Source of the DNA: Kudoa neothunni
Lineage: Eukaryota; Animalia; Cnidaria
NCBI GenBank assembly: GCA_964304625.1
Contig: OZ199839.1
Location: forward strand, 11,494,395-11,558,394
DNA: 64,000 nt
Direction: 5' to 3'
The notes under the pieces were generated by a model. The model saw only the letters and a program-made list of their open reading frames with translations, ran no database searches and had not been told where the DNA came from. Shown here piece after piece: positions 1 through 14,087 of this stretch (its first letter is position 1; the number at the start of each line of letters is the position of its first letter). The position numbers and the translations under genes were made by a program.

Positions 1-2571
1 CCTTCTCCATTTGGAAGTGTGTAAAATGTAGCTGAACTTTCTTTTATTTTTATATTTTTCGATGATTGTTGTTTTGTTGAAATTATTTTATTTAGCGGGA
101 ATGAGTTTAATTTTCAAAATCAACATAAATTATGATTTGAATAAATATTCTTATAAAAAAAACGAAAATATTATGGTATACATAACTAATTGTATGATTT
201 AATAATTTTAACTGTAGAATAATGATGAAGGTAACTCCCCAGACAACAATACAAAGGATATTGTTGACCTGAATGGAAATAAAATGTTCATTACAACATC
301 TATTGGAGTATACCATCATCTTAATAATTCTCGGTCGTCCTTATTTGAAGAATTTGTTGATTTTGTACCAAAGTTTTATAATCAACATGCCCTGCTTACA
401 GTGACTATCAACAACTCCACTGTTTGTGTCTATTCGCTCGATCCACATAGTGAAATTTTAAAAGGTTTTAATACAGTCCGAACTATAGTGTTTCGTGTGG
501 AGAAACAAAAATCGATTTCTATATTAAGTTCTACTGAGTCCCTCGATCCTTACACTCATTATAAATTCGATCCACATTCAAACTCCAATGAGTTACTTCC
601 TATCAAATTAGTGAATGTATTTAGGTTTGCTCGAGAAGATAATACACACACGAAACGACTCAATGTTACATTTTTAGAACATTTCAATGTGTAAGTCTTA
701 TACAATACTTTCTGGAGATGTAGAATTTGTAGGTTTATAATGAGTGTTGACAATCTAATAGCTATCATTTCTTTTCCCACATTCGAGGTTAAATATGTCA
801 CATCTATTGCAGATATTTTTCTTGGTAGATTGTGCTTTAGATTTAGTTTTTATAATATTATTGAAGCGCTTAAAATAAGTATCTTTGAACAATCCTCTGT
901 TGAAACTTCCGAGGAGACGGTATACGTTAAGTTGGGTGGGGCAAAAGTCCCAAAAAATTCGTTTGACCACTATATCTCCAATCATTTACTTGAACAAGAA
1001 CATAATATTGTCATCGAATCCATTCATTTGATTTCTATTGATAAAAAAGGTATTGTTGATGTGTAGTTATACAGAATGCAGTTGGTTATAGATGCAGGAG
1101 AAAACAAATGGGTCTACATTTTTTTGATAGTTCTCAATGAAGGTTCAATTGTAGAATTTATTGTTGCAGATTCGTTGATTCCTTCATTCTGTAAGTCGTT
1201 TATTGTATTGTTTGAAATATAATAATATTGATGTACAAATTAAGATCTATTACATTTTCCTTTTTGTAATGCGACGAAAAAATGCGCTCCTCAACCATAT
1301 CAATCTATTAAACTTCATATTCTCCTCGATAACAACAACTTTGTTTCATCAGATGACCAAATTTTAGGTTTCTTTGTTGTAATTGTTTAAATTTAATTCG
1401 AAAAATATTTAGAGGATCCATCTGGAAACCAATCTCGAAAAATCAAATTGGTCATGATGGTAACACCGTTGTCGATTTTAGTATTCATCTTTTTAATGTA
1501 TTGAATGTTTAATTATTATTTAAGGTCTACCAATACGAGTACGATACAGCAATTAAGCAAAATTATTTGTTCGAAAATTCCACTTATAGTTTAACGTCGA
1601 ATTCCGAACCCATTTTAGCATCAGCGGGATTCACTATAGAAAGTGATGTTCGATCATAATTACTTCTGCTGAAATTAACTGATTAGATCACCCAATGTTA
1701 ACATTGGCCCACAGAAGTAGTGAAAAATGTTTATTGATAACACTGTGGAGTGTATTGGAAGGTGGCAACTCACCACCAAAATCATTTCGTCTTGAACGAC
1801 ATTTTATGTATTCAAGAGTAGTTATAATTTAGATTTCTAAGTATTCCTAGGAACAACTTTGAAGTGGGACCATTAATAGTGCCATATGATAAAGCGGAAA
1901 TCTATTTATTGCTCAATCATTATACTGAAATCACAAATTCGTACCCTCCCACCGAAACCTACTCGATCATAAGAATCCATCCATTTGTTAAAAGTGATTC
2001 AAATGAACCAGACCCGTAAATTTTGACGAAACTTATCAGTCATAATTTGTTGGGTTTATTTTTAGAGAGAAAGAGCCAATGGATGAGTTCTATCCTTCAC
2101 TTCTGCTGTCAGACCCTAATATAAGGACATCTCATCGAAATGTAACGAACGACAGTGAGAAATGGAATAAGTTTTTGAACTTTTTTCAAAATTCTTTTTC
2201 TACCAATAAATCAATGGATTATGAAATAATTTGTGAGTTTTTAGTTAGTTTATTTGTTCTTGATTACGATAATTAGTCTCCAAATCCTCGGACATTGCGG
2301 TTATGAGTTCAGTGGCAACCACCAAAAATGTCTGCTTATCGAAATCTACGACGGATAGTGCGATGGAAGCTAATGATCCTTTAAGGAAGGTATTCTTAAA
2401 ACAATAAATTTCGCCATGCTAACTATCTCATATTTGTAGGCTTTTCTGGAGAGAGAGAAAAAACTCAAAGATGCAGAGATAGCTTCTAAAAATATGGCAG
2501 ATGGTGCCAAAAATTTCAATGATAATATTAGTAGGTTGTTAGATAAAAGAAATAAAAAAAGATGGTTTTAG
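1..2571 (+). CDS. STXBP5: Tomosyn / syntaxin-binding protein 5-like; 3' portion of a multi-exon gene, 5' end probably outside the window
   Basis: Exons are separated by short GT-AG introns (e.g. 691-732). The last exon reads AFLEREKKLKDAEIASKNMADGAKNFNDNISRLLDKRNKKRWF* (TAG 2569-2571). This matches the tomosyn C-terminal R-SNARE motif (A-x-x-ERG-x-KL...M...A-x-x-F...K-x-K-KW), with the zero-layer Arg kept. Confidence 0.75.
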
Positions 2572-3696
2572 TCATATTTTTGTTGTTTTAATTTTGTTAC
2601 TTTAAAGTTTTCCTATTTTCCGTAATTATTTTTTATGGACATAAAAAGTTACTTATTATATATAAATATTCTTATTTCCAATTATTTTGCTATTTTAGAG
2701 CTTAAGTATGATTTCATTATAATTCTCATTTGATTTAATATACAAGAATGATAAATTAAAAATTATTTAAATTAACATAGTAGAAATCTGATTAGACTAA
2801 ATCATCTCGTTAGCGTCGGTAAGAGTATGCAAAATTAGCCACACACGGTTTTACACCACTTTTCGGTCGCGTACACAATAATGAATGGAGCTCTTTAATA
2901 GGATTAAATTTTAAAAAATAAAAATTCATAATTATCTGATTGGGGTTTTCAAACTAATTTATAATAATTATTTCTCCGTTGATAATGGCAAGATCGATTG
3001 ATCTTTGGGTGAATTATTTTAATTGGATTAAATATATTAACAATATTTTCAAAAATAACGTTGTATTTTCGATTTTTAGATGTCATTAAGTGTGGATGTG
3101 TTAGAATGCTTTGTAGTTTAGGATTTGACCCTTGTTTTAGGGAAAATACGAAACTATTTAAAATTCAAGAATGAATATCCTAACTACGCCCGAGATTGAG
3201 CATTTTCCACTTTGAATAACCTCTAAATCTCAAAAAATATTTTAATATCTAATGGAATTTATTAAAGTAAATATTAGTTAAATTTCCACCCCTCTTTAAA
3301 GTCCTTGAAGGGAGGAAATAAAACTATTTTAGTGAAATAATACAAAATTGTTAAGTCTACCTAATCCGCATTTTTCAGTAATTTAAAAAATTTTATATTT
3401 TTAATAATAAATATAAAATTTGTTGATAATATCATGAATTCCTCGATGTTCCATGAGTGATTATCCATCAGTAATAAAATTGAATCGCACATGTGAGTTT
3501 AATGGCAGACCGATTAAAAATTTAACCTATATGTTACATATACTATTCATCAATTGCTCTGGTTTCATATTTGTATTTGTTTATCATTCCACATAATAAA
3601 TTTTCAAATCAAAAAGTGCTAAGAGAAAATACACAGGGTTTGCCAGTGATCACGCGGCAGATATTGTGATGAATTGTTGAATATATTTGATTTGAT

Positions 3697-4574
3697 GGCT
3701 ATTCTTTACAAAACGGGACTGCAGTAGGAAACTTTCGTCGCGCGCCCGGAAAATAAAAAACTTCAGGAGAAATTTGGTCTAATTTCATCAGAGAAAACGT
3801 GTATTTGTGGGACGATGATGCATCTCACATCAAATAAAAGTTGCCAAGATCTGTTTTTCTTCCGATGCCCGGGTTGTTTGAAGAAGCAAAATCTACGAGT
3901 TGGATCAATATTTCAGCATTCTAAATTGCCACTATGGAAACTATATTTTTCCTCGTAAAAATTCAATTCAGCAAGGTTACCTACGAAGAAATACAAAGGC
4001 ACGTTGGAATCCTCTCTTCAAAAGCAATATGTGATTGGTCTGAATTATTAAGGAGTATTATCACATTGAAGATTACTGACGAGAGAAAAAAAATTGGCGG
4101 TGCAAATGTCGTTGTCCAGATCGATGAAACTGCGGTGATTAAACGAAAATATAATGTTGGTAGTATAGATGAGGAAGGTGAATGTTTTTTTGAACTGACG
4201 AAGAGAAGAAGCAGCTCTGTATTGGAAAAAATTATTCTCGATAATGTTGAAGAGAATTCTGTTATCTGAACTGATAGATGGAGAGGCTATAATCACCTGA
4301 ACGATTTAGGATTTTTTCACGATACAGTCTGTCACAAATAAGATCGAAGCTACGTGGGGAGGATTTAAAAGGAAGTACCGAAATATTACAAATAAAAATG
4401 AAGAGTCATTATATGACTTCATTTCGGATTATATATCCCGTAAAAATATAGAGGCGTCGAACTTAGCACTTTCTTTAAAGAAATTATGAATAATTCTTTA
4501 ATATAATTTATTGTTGTTTTTTGCGATTTCCTCCAAAAGTTTCCGACTGTAGTCCCGTTTTGTAAAGAATAGCC
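3697..4574 (+). mobile_element. Merlin-superfamily (IS1016/ISXO2-like) DNA transposon, decayed
   Basis: TIRs of about 40 bp (GGCTATTCTTTACAAAACGGGACT.. / ..AGTCCCGTTTTGTAAAGAATAGCC). Perfect 8-bp TSD GATTTGAT at 3689-3696 and 4575-4582. The transposase remnant has VVQIDETAV and SVI*TDRWRGYNHL motifs, with a frameshift, stops and an internal deletion. Confidence 0.93.
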
Positions 4575-6525
4575 GATTTGATTTTATGAATATAAATTTT
4601 TTAATTAATAAACCAATAAAAAGTAATATATTTGCTGTAAATTCAATAATTTAAAAATTGTTTTAACCCAAGTAAAATGGAGTAGATTTCTACCCCATAT
4701 TTTACTTTCATAACATTATTTGAAATGTTGATTCATGTAATTTTTAAAAATTTCCCGGAATTCTGTAGAGTAAATAATGAATAAATAACGAAACACTATA
4801 CATAGGATGCCCGTCCGCATGCGCAATTTGAAATAATATGAGCATATAATCCTCTCCTGACTGAATACAACGATAACTCTTCGCACTCTGATTATTCTTA
4901 TACTAATTATTCAAAGTATGAGACTCTTCACCAATTTGCTTAGTTCTACGCTGTAAAGCGCATCTAAAAACATACGTGAAAACTGTTATTCAGTATTCTT
5001 AGTTTCGTATTGTAAATAGCGCTAAAAAACCAAATGATACAATTGTTTAACAATTTGACAAGTTTGGTGTTTTACAAAGAGTTTAAAAACATACATGATC
5101 ACTTTTTAAAGAAATAATCATTGTTTGCCATCATTTTGTGTTTTTCTGTACAATATTACACTGCGTCGTTTAAAACAAGATAAACTAATTGGCGACTGTT
5201 ATAGAACTTGAATTAAATGTTCAAAGTAATAAACTGCAGAAATACACCTATAAATACAATAATACTCCAAAGAAACGTACGTAACAACATTAATATCCGC
5301 GCATGCGTTCACAGAAATCAACTTTAATAATTGGTCATTTATCCAAAATTTACGCGAACATTTTTCCTCATATTTTGTCAGTCAATGCTGAATTATATTT
5401 GGAGGATGTAATTTGTTCAGCTACTTAGAAGGTTAAAAGTGTGTAAGCAGGCTACAAGGCGAAAACGTATTTTCATAGAAAAAGTCCATTTTTGTTCGTA
5501 GTTTAATTTAAATTTTTCATCCGTCAAATAGAAACGTTAAATTTTTCTATTTATTTTTAATAATTATATAATCACAATATGAATTAAAATATTAAAGAAA
5601 TAATTTTGCTAAAATTATGCACAATTATTTCAATAATTGTAAAAAATTGATATACATTTATATATTTTCTAAAAGAAATTTGAAAGTGATTTTTTAATTT
5701 TTTTTATTATTAATTTAAAAGTTATCTTAAACAAAACAATATTAAAAGGGTGATAACATTATTCACATTACTAAATAAATAACTTAGTCCAATATCGGAA
5801 TATAAGAATCATAGAGTACAATTTAATATTAATTAAACTGTCGACAAAAAATCGAATGATTAATTAATATTAAATTAATTTTATTCGTGATAATAAATTC
5901 TTCTAAATAAGTGTTTTATCATGAATTAAAAAAATTTTTTCAGAGTATCACTGTAGATTTTTATTTTATGAACCTTCAGACAGACGCATGCGCGTCGAAT
6001 TTGTTGTATTTTTAAGATTCTATGATTGTATATAAAAATAAATATTTTTCTATTAATCAATTATTAAGTTTTTTTAAATATATACAGTTGTACTCCGTAG
6101 TTAAAAAAATATTCATAGATTTACAGTAAGACAGCAGAAATTTGTTAATTATTTAACTGTATTATTACCTAATATAATAAAAAATCGAATTTTATTTAAA
6201 AAAAGTTCATCGAAAATACATTCTTTATTAAATATTATGATTTTATAATGAATCTTATTTCAAATAAACAATAATTACTATCGATTAAAATTAATAAATG
6301 ACCAAACTAATATCGAGGTTTATTGTTAACGAAATAATATTTAAAATTATTCAGATGTAAACGTAGAATATATATGATAATATTTTACAAAAAAAGAAAG
6401 ACATATTTAATATATTTAATGGTTCCACAAAAAAATTATATATCTTTGTTTGAGAATGCAAAAGGATGAATTAATAAAATAATTAAATTTGATGATGCGA
6501 CAACAATATCATAATTAAAACATGT

Positions 6526-8573
6526 TCAACAATAGTAAGTGTTTTGCTGATCGTCTAAAGCAGCAATCTGAATGTTGTAGTCTTGTATGAGACGTATAAT
6601 TTGGGATTTTTCGACCGCTTTTTTGAAGGAATTGTTTGGTCCATCGTTGATTTTGGTGTTTTGGTTGATATTGAACACATTGACGACAGTTTTGTAGTTT
6701 CTAGAGATAAATATTAGATATTTGTGTGGATGTAAAAATTAGGAAATACTTGACAGTGTTAGGAGGGGATTGCTCGTAAGTATCAGTCCTTTTAGTGGGA
6801 ATATGGGTTATAGTGGCAATCATCTCTTCTTGTTTCACAGACCAAGTATCTAGTGCAATCAATTAGATCATACTGAACAATTTCAAATGGGCAGAGATTG
6901 ATGATTACTAGGAGGATGAAACGTAGACTTCCCTTTATCGGAGTCATCAGTGAAAATTGAATCATTCATATCCGATTGAACAGAGCCCAAGTCGCTAATT
7001 CTACTGCCACTGCTATAAAGTGATGACCTGGATTGTGAAAATGTTTTTCCTATAAATCGGAATTTTGAATGAAAACTCGGTCCATTGGGCAACGATGGGG
7101 CTGAATGACGTCGGAAAAATGTATGTGTTTCCACAATAGCTTTGTAGAGTCGTTTGGTGGAGGTTCTGGTGGAACTTTTGTATTTGACTATACGATGAGT
7201 GTGGTAAGCCTAAGCAATAAATATAGGTGTGTTTATCTATTATTAAACAACTATTTAAAAGTACATTTCTATCAGAATCGTCGCCGACAATCCTTATTTT
7301 GAGTTTTAATGTTTTTTTCAAAAAGAAGCCGATACCAAATTCTCCCTGTTTATTTTAATTACTACGTATGTGAGTCTATTAGATTACCACGAACATAAGT
7401 TTTTGGTATCGTTGTCGTACATCTCCAGCAAACCACCCCAATAAACACCAAGCAAACATTTTATCGGAGCAGCCGACTAGTAAACAAACACTTGTTCACA
7501 AACAATTCCTCAACTGATAGATTTACTTTGGAGGGTTTGTGAATGACTTCATGGCTTTCTATGCCGTAATTGGGTATCTTGGTGACCAATGTGAGAAATC
7601 GATTCTCACAATCAGTGGTAGAAACCCCTCTAGATAAGAATATTAAAGATAATATTTTGGATGTGCTTGATCATTCTTTCAAGTAATTTAAAATTACTTT
7701 AGTTGTCTATGAAGCTTTATTACCCCTTGAATGAAATTTTCATCCTAGATAATAAATGGTGTTGTAGTCAAATAGAAATAAATTCAAATATATGTTATCA
7801 ATTACTTGTCCTGGATACAAATAAACCCCATTGAGATAGTTGAGTTTATCCGAGAGTTGGTCATAATCTCCGAATTCAGCTAGCAGTAAAATATATATTA
7901 TTTCAAATATTTAAATTAATAAATATCACCTTGAACAACACATGCAGACAATTCCTGTCCCAGCAACACACCACAAGCTAGTCTACAGTAGTAATAATCA
8001 ATTATAAAATCTCAATATTATATAATAGATTTGTACTTTTTCTTCAGAATCAGCTCTCTTAAATAAATAATAAAATGATATCTAGAAACATTAGAATAAA
8101 CCATTGAATAATTAAATTTTTGTATTATTATTTGGAGCGTGTAAAAGACCTGGTTTGTTCGTCCGCAAGAGTGTTTGGATGGGGAGGGAAGAATTTAACG
8201 GCCAAATAGAAACTATAGGGTCCTTCTTTAAGTTGATATTTGATGCTCTTTCTTGGATCCAGCCATGAAAACTAAATCCACAACAAATGTATCTTAGCAG
8301 ATTGAGATTTTATCGCAATTTATCCCACCTGTTTTTCTTTTGGGTGAATGTATCGCAACCCAAAAAACTCCTTCTCAGCCAGTCCTAGATGCTCACAAAC
8401 GCAATCCAACAAATAAAGTCCATAAATTCTATCCTTGATTTTGAGAAAATTAATCGAAAAAAACTATGGATACATAATGTAAATATTCAGATTACAACAT
8501 TAAGTTTAATACGAAACTCTTCCCCATCTATCAACTCCACACAACATTCTTGCACATCAGGAACCTGACTCAT
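6526..8573 (-). CDS. FERM-domain protein, band 4.1/EPB41-like family, multi-exon
   Basis: Spliced N-terminus MSQVPDVQECCVELIDGEEF..YLLDCVCEHLGLAEKEFFGLRY..WLDPRKSIKYQLKEGPYSFYLAVKFFPPHP matches the 4.1-type FERM N-lobe. Ser-rich low-complexity middle. The last exon ends ..DDQQNTYYC* (TGA at 6526-6528). Middle exons were not fully traced. Confidence 0.85.
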
Positions 8574-8818
8574 TAGATAGTAATCTTAGGAACGGAATTT
8601 TTGTTTTCAGCAATACCTACCGACTTAGAATGATCGGTTGGTCGGGAGAGTAGTTAGTAGTAGTAACTGTGAGTCAGCCCAGATGAATCACACCCACTGT
8701 TAGATTTAACCTATTGATGGCGAAACAATTGGTAGCAATGTAAGATTTGTTATTCGGCAATAAATAATGCAAAGGTTGATATAGCAACAAAGAATACAAC
8801 AGTGAAAAATCAATACAA

Positions 8819-11800
8819 CTACGATAAAATAGATAAAAAATCTTTTTTCGTGATAATACCCCAAAAACGCCTACAAAAACAAAACTCAAACACCATATCA
8901 ACCCTAATAATTATTATTGTTATTTAGCAGTATAACAATTGAAATTAGGAGCTGCTGTGTAGAAATTCAAAAAAAGATACCCATGAGAAATCACTAACAC
9001 ATTCCGAATTCCCAATAGTTGAAAATATTCTGCAAGCACATCGATGGTAGATTTAATGTCGATTTGTACAGCATCCTAATAAGAAATAGTTCCAATGGGA
9101 ATTGATAAAAAATCACTCACATAATCAATCACAGCGGAGAGATTGATAGTGTCGGTATTCGAGGAGATGATAGAGGTGGCGGAGAATGAAACTTGTTGGT
9201 TGAGAATGGAATCATCACAGGTTAATTGGTCATTGATTGAGAGCACATCTAAAGACTTACTATTAATTAAAAAAAGCTGAAGAATGTACTCAAATAATTC
9301 AGTAATTCATGTCGTTTCACGTAGCCTAGCAATTTCCTATTGACACCATTGTCCACCAGCGGATAGCCATAAAATTCATTCTCAAGAACATGAACTAGAA
9401 AGATGGCAAATGAAAAACAGCTACACAAACAAAACAACAACAACAACAACAACAACAACAAATACAAATATCCGACAAATTCATTCCAGTTTCGTGGAGC
9501 AAAATATTTTTATACGAACTAAATAACAAAAACAATAAATTATCTTTAATTGAACCAACAAATTTTTAAAACATACGCTCTATCACGCTCAAAACACAAC
9601 GCAAAAATGCTAGTGTTGATTGATTTCTCTAGTGTTTTGTGTACAATTCGATCCATATAAGGATAATGGTTGATCTCGGATTGACATTGAAAAACAGAAT
9701 CATTCATGAGTTTTTCGCTGATCATTTTTGAAAGCGTCACACATAACATCATGGGAACAATGTAGTTGTCTTTGTTCGTTAGTTCCACAATTAGAACTGT
9801 TAGAGTAACTATATAAAAGTGAATACACAAGAATACGTCAATAATGGCGATCTAATCTCTATAGAAGATACTGGTGAGATGGGTAACACCGCTTAGAAAA
9901 GCACAAGCTCCAATAACAGCATAAACTTCGGGACTAATGCAACGACGATTGAAATCATAACACATGGCTTTAAAAAAGATATTTTCGCCATATTTTCTAA
10001 TTATTTGTTAAAAAAATAAAAACAACATATTAACTTACACGTTCAAAAATTCCATGCATATTCCAATGGAACGACCGAAACAAGCACCAACAATAAAAAT
10101 TGGAAGAAAAAACCCTGTTGGAATCTACCGATAAGAGTCATTAACTCCGATAATAAACGTTCAATGAAGAGAACAACTTTTGCAGAGGTGGTTGCTGCTG
10201 TGAGAATCAACTTTAATACTCCAAACAAAGGAAGTTTCCATATCATTGATAACAGTTCGGAGTCAGGATAGAGAGGTTGCATTACTGGTTCCATTAGAGT
10301 TGTGTTGTCAACACTGCGAGGAACGTAATTACTATTTAATAAAAGCGTAAATGAGTTTTATTAATATTAGATCGAGATGATAATATTCACCATATGGCGT
10401 TTATATTGAATGGGAAACACACTGAAAGTATTTTACGAAGGGCTCCATAAGTGCCACCTCTAAATATGGTGATTGGAAAAGAAACCACTGAGGTAATAAA
10501 TGCAAGGATTGCCACCTATATCGAATTAGCTTAAATTTTAAATTGTGATAATACCTCAGTGATATGGTAGTTTCCTACGATAGTGTTTTTACGAATAAAA
10601 GAGAATCGCTTTAAAAGTACTTTGAATAAAGCGCCAAATAAGCCCTAACAATACGATTGAAACATTTAGTTACAATCAACACACACTCCCAAGATGCCAA
10701 TAAAAGCGAAAGGAAGCAACTCTCGAAAATGCCATATTCCAGTGGAGGTGATGGTGAGAAGAGCTTCGTCGGAGTCAAGCATGTGTTTGAATTGAAGAAA
10801 CATAAAGGTGGCAAACAGAACACACGAAAAAGTACGCCAAACTGTTTTACTGGGGAAATAATAACACATCGTCTCCAGTCCAAATAAAAGCCCAGATATA
10901 GGGGCGGAAAATGCAACACTGAACCCAGCACATGCACCGGCTCCCACAACCTTCAATATACATTATGGATAATTATTTTAATAAAAAAAATCAACCTCAC
11001 GTAATTTAGCGGCATTTGAGTTAAACTTTCGAATAGGTCGAGATAACCAATTTGCCGTTGAACTACACACGTGAATAAGTACACCTTCATGACTCACATT
11101 AAGTCCAGATCCAATGGTTAGTAGAGCGGCCACAAATTTAACAAACGATGTTTTCACCCCTAGGAAACCTCTAATAACGAATCCACTCAATATAGTCTTT
11201 ATCTAGTGAATAAATATTTTCAAATTAATATGGATATAAAAGAGAAAAGTTAATTGAATTGAATTGAATTAAAGTGTTCTCACTCACCTCTGTTATTCCG
11301 GTTCCACAACTGTAAGGGGCCAGTAATTTAACCATAAAGGCTGCCGCACTTGCTGCAATCACAGAACTCAACACATAAATCATATAGTTGAATGAATATT
11401 TGATTGTAACGCTACATATTTTTTTTATTGTTTGAAATACTAAACAATATTAAAAATAACTTATCAAATCCAAATGCATCTCCCCATGTGACCCAATCGC
11501 CGCATTTGTTTTCGTACGAGTAACTGATTTTGGTGAGACGACAACACTCATAGTAACTGTTGGCATAGCTGTTCGAACAATACCCTTGTCTCAGATCGGA
11601 GAGCCATTCAGCACCGATCAACATAAATGGTAACAAAATTCCACCAAAAAATCCAATAGTCATCATAATAAACCACCCGCTACTCATCTCAAACAAATAT
11701 CGCATCGCATTCATACATCCACCTTCATCTAGCAACTTAGATTTTGCGGCAAGTGAATTGATTTTGTTAGAAATATTTTCGTTCATCCAATCAATGGTGT

Positions 11801-12077
11801 CAAAATCACGATAACGTTTCTGTGCATTCTGAGAATAGATTGGTTCGTTTCTGTGGTTAGAACCAACAGAGATAGTTTCAAGATTCGCAAAGTGAGCCTG
11901 TCGCTCCATCTGATCTTCATCAACATCGAGAAACGAATTCTGGGCGACATTCTCATAGATTGGAGAATGTTGATTGATATCACCGGACTCATTCACTCTA
12001 CTATTGATGTACTCCTCTTCCTCCATCATATCCTCATACATCGAACCGAAAATTTTATTAATTCGTTTTTTGAACAT
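8819..12077 (-). CDS. CLC chloride channel/transporter, ClC-3/4/5-like, with C-terminal CBS domains
   Basis: Spliced motifs: YRDFDTIDW, WLSDLRQGYC, GTGITE, SHEGV, FSAPISGLLFGLETM, IPTGFFLP, VLIVELT..YIVPMM, YGYPLV, GIITKKDFL. Stop TAG at 8819-8821. The introns checked are GT-AG. Confidence 0.95.
9432..9461. repeat. (CAA)n microsatellite within a CLC intron
   Basis: About 9 CAA units are visible. It produces the spurious poly-Leu ORF 9267..9467. Confidence 0.85.
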
Positions 12078-12659
12078 TTTTCCAACTAAAGATCCAAACA
12101 GACAACTAAAATTTAGATTTTTACATCAAATAACACACTATGTGAACTTCGTTACCAATCGCATAAATATAGTAATGCGATTTTACATGTAAACACATCT
12201 CCCAAACCACCCAAGTGACAATTATTTTGGAAGGATTTATTATTTTTTGTTTAACAAAGCATTAAACTAATAAAATGCATGTTGAAAATTTAATTACTCG
12301 ATAAATATAATATTATATTACATTTTATGTGATTGATAAATATATTCTCTCGTACACAATTATTGAATATTGTGAATTATTGATGATTAGGACAATAAAG
12401 TATTTAATTGCCTAAGAGTTAATTAAAATAAATTTTTGTTCAAAAAATTCGACATTTTGATATAATTTAAGCTGTTGAAAAATTTTAAATGAGTATTTGT
12501 ACAAATGTTAATGAATAGATGATAATGTTATTCAATAAGGTTTCTGAATACGATAACTGCGCGTGCTATATAAATCTCATTAAATAATTTTAATGGTTTA
12601 CTCCTTTATTTTTGAAATATAAATTCAAAAATACGAATACTATTGAGAAATTATATTAA

Positions 12660-13492
12660 CCCTTGATAGGGGATCTTGAGCTCTACGAGCCCACCTGAAT
12701 AATAAATTGGCCCTGATTCATCCGGAAAATGTTTTTTAAAGTTTCTTTTTTACCTGAATTATTAAAATTTTATTTTACACCTAGTCGTAAATTTTCAATG
12801 AAATCGACTTTTTTTAAGCCGATACTCAACAAAAAAGGATTATGACTATCACAATGTTTTTTATTTTATTTAAAATTAATCTCACAGTTGCGCAATAATA
12901 TTTCAACATCAGGGTCGAATTTATCAAATCAACTTTCTATTGAAAAATTATTCATGTAGCTATTTTAATTGATTGATTGTGTCTTATCAAAGAAATCTGG
13001 AATATTTGAACGATGTAATTAATCGCCAACAAGAATTTTTACTGGACTTATCCGCCTCTCTGACTGTAAGCCATCAGAAGAAAAATGCTGAAGACCAGAA
13101 AAATTGGATGTCGACCCCCAATCAAACGTTCTCTCGAAAATGTTAGATTTAAATTCGATGAGAATAATACATCGTTTACGGAAGCTTACAATATAAATGC
13201 TTGGAAACGATGTCATTTATGTGCCACGCGTAACATAAGGCGGGGCAAACAAGTATGCCAGATGTGCAACAACACTATATGCAACGAGAATTCAATAATA
13301 ACATTAACCTGTTTGAATGTTCCCAAAAATAAATTATTTATTGTATATCATGCATTTTTTATCGCTCAATAATGTATTAGAGTAAGCAATTACAGCTTAA
13401 AATATAATTTAATAAAGGATAGAAATTAATCCGGGTGGGCTCGTCGAGCCCAAGGTCACCTAAATAGGGAGCTCCAGGTCACTTATTAAGGG
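12660..13492 (+). mobile_element. Non-autonomous piggyBac derivative retaining the C-terminal Cys-rich domain
   Basis: Left end TTAA|CCCTTGATAGGG; right end ..CTTATTAAGGG (right TSD degenerate). Subterminal inverted motif CGAGCCCACC / GGTGGGCTCG. ORF 13085-13372 encodes KRCHLC..VCQMCNNTIC..TC, like the piggyBac C-terminal cysteine-rich domain. Confidence 0.75.
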
Positions 13493-14087
13493 TTTTTGAT
13501 GATATCTACCATTGTTATATTATGCAAGTTAATATAGTTGATACTGGAGCACATAACAAGGATGTTAAATTTAGTTGTTAGTACATGCTGATTAAAACTT
13601 GTTAGTTTATATCATAAAGAAAGAATATTTAAGTTGTTTGATTTGTTAAATTATTTTATTGTATTTTTATATATCTTATTTATTATAATTAATTAAAAAA
13701 TTCAACTTAATTGAGCGGAAATAAAAATACCAAATAATAGCATAAAACTTATCTTTTGAATGTATGTGATAATTTCTAGAAGTGATTGAAGAAAAATCAT
13801 AGTGTATAATTTAGCGTGTGCGCACGAGAAAAATACAATATCGCATTTTTCTTTTGATTATTTTTATAAATATTGTGTGGTTACTATATATTTAACAGCT
13901 TTAATATTGAGTAATTTTTTCAATAAAACGCAGATCGCAATATCGTCCAAATCTGATCTGGCACAATTCCTTTTCTAAGTTACTATTTTTAATATAAATC
14001 TATTCTATATGTAGATTATAAAATTAAAGAATAGCCCAATTACTCCTTATATTATTGGAAAAAATGGAGAATTCATCAATTTAATTA

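Noticed and set aside
3934-4269. IS1595/ISXO2-like ORF as evidence of bacterial DNA
   Set aside because: It lies among intron-rich eukaryotic genes and has Merlin-type TIRs and an 8-bp TSD.
4261-4290. TGA at a likely Trp position in the Merlin transposase, and in-frame stops in the CD39-like gene, suggesting stop-codon reassignment
   Set aside because: Intact genes terminate at TAA (mago), TAG (CLC, tomosyn) and TGA (GCC2, FERM), with no internal stops in the exons traced. The stop-containing regions also have frameshifts, so decay explains them.
8674-8901. 75-aa ORF between the CLC and FERM genes, or a CLC-FERM fusion
   Set aside because: It overlaps the last CLC exon in another frame. The CLC has its own stop (8819) and the FERM gene its own ATG (8573).
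9267-9467. Signal-peptide-like poly-Leu ORF
   Set aside because: It is the reverse strand of an intronic CAA microsatellite running into a CLC exon.
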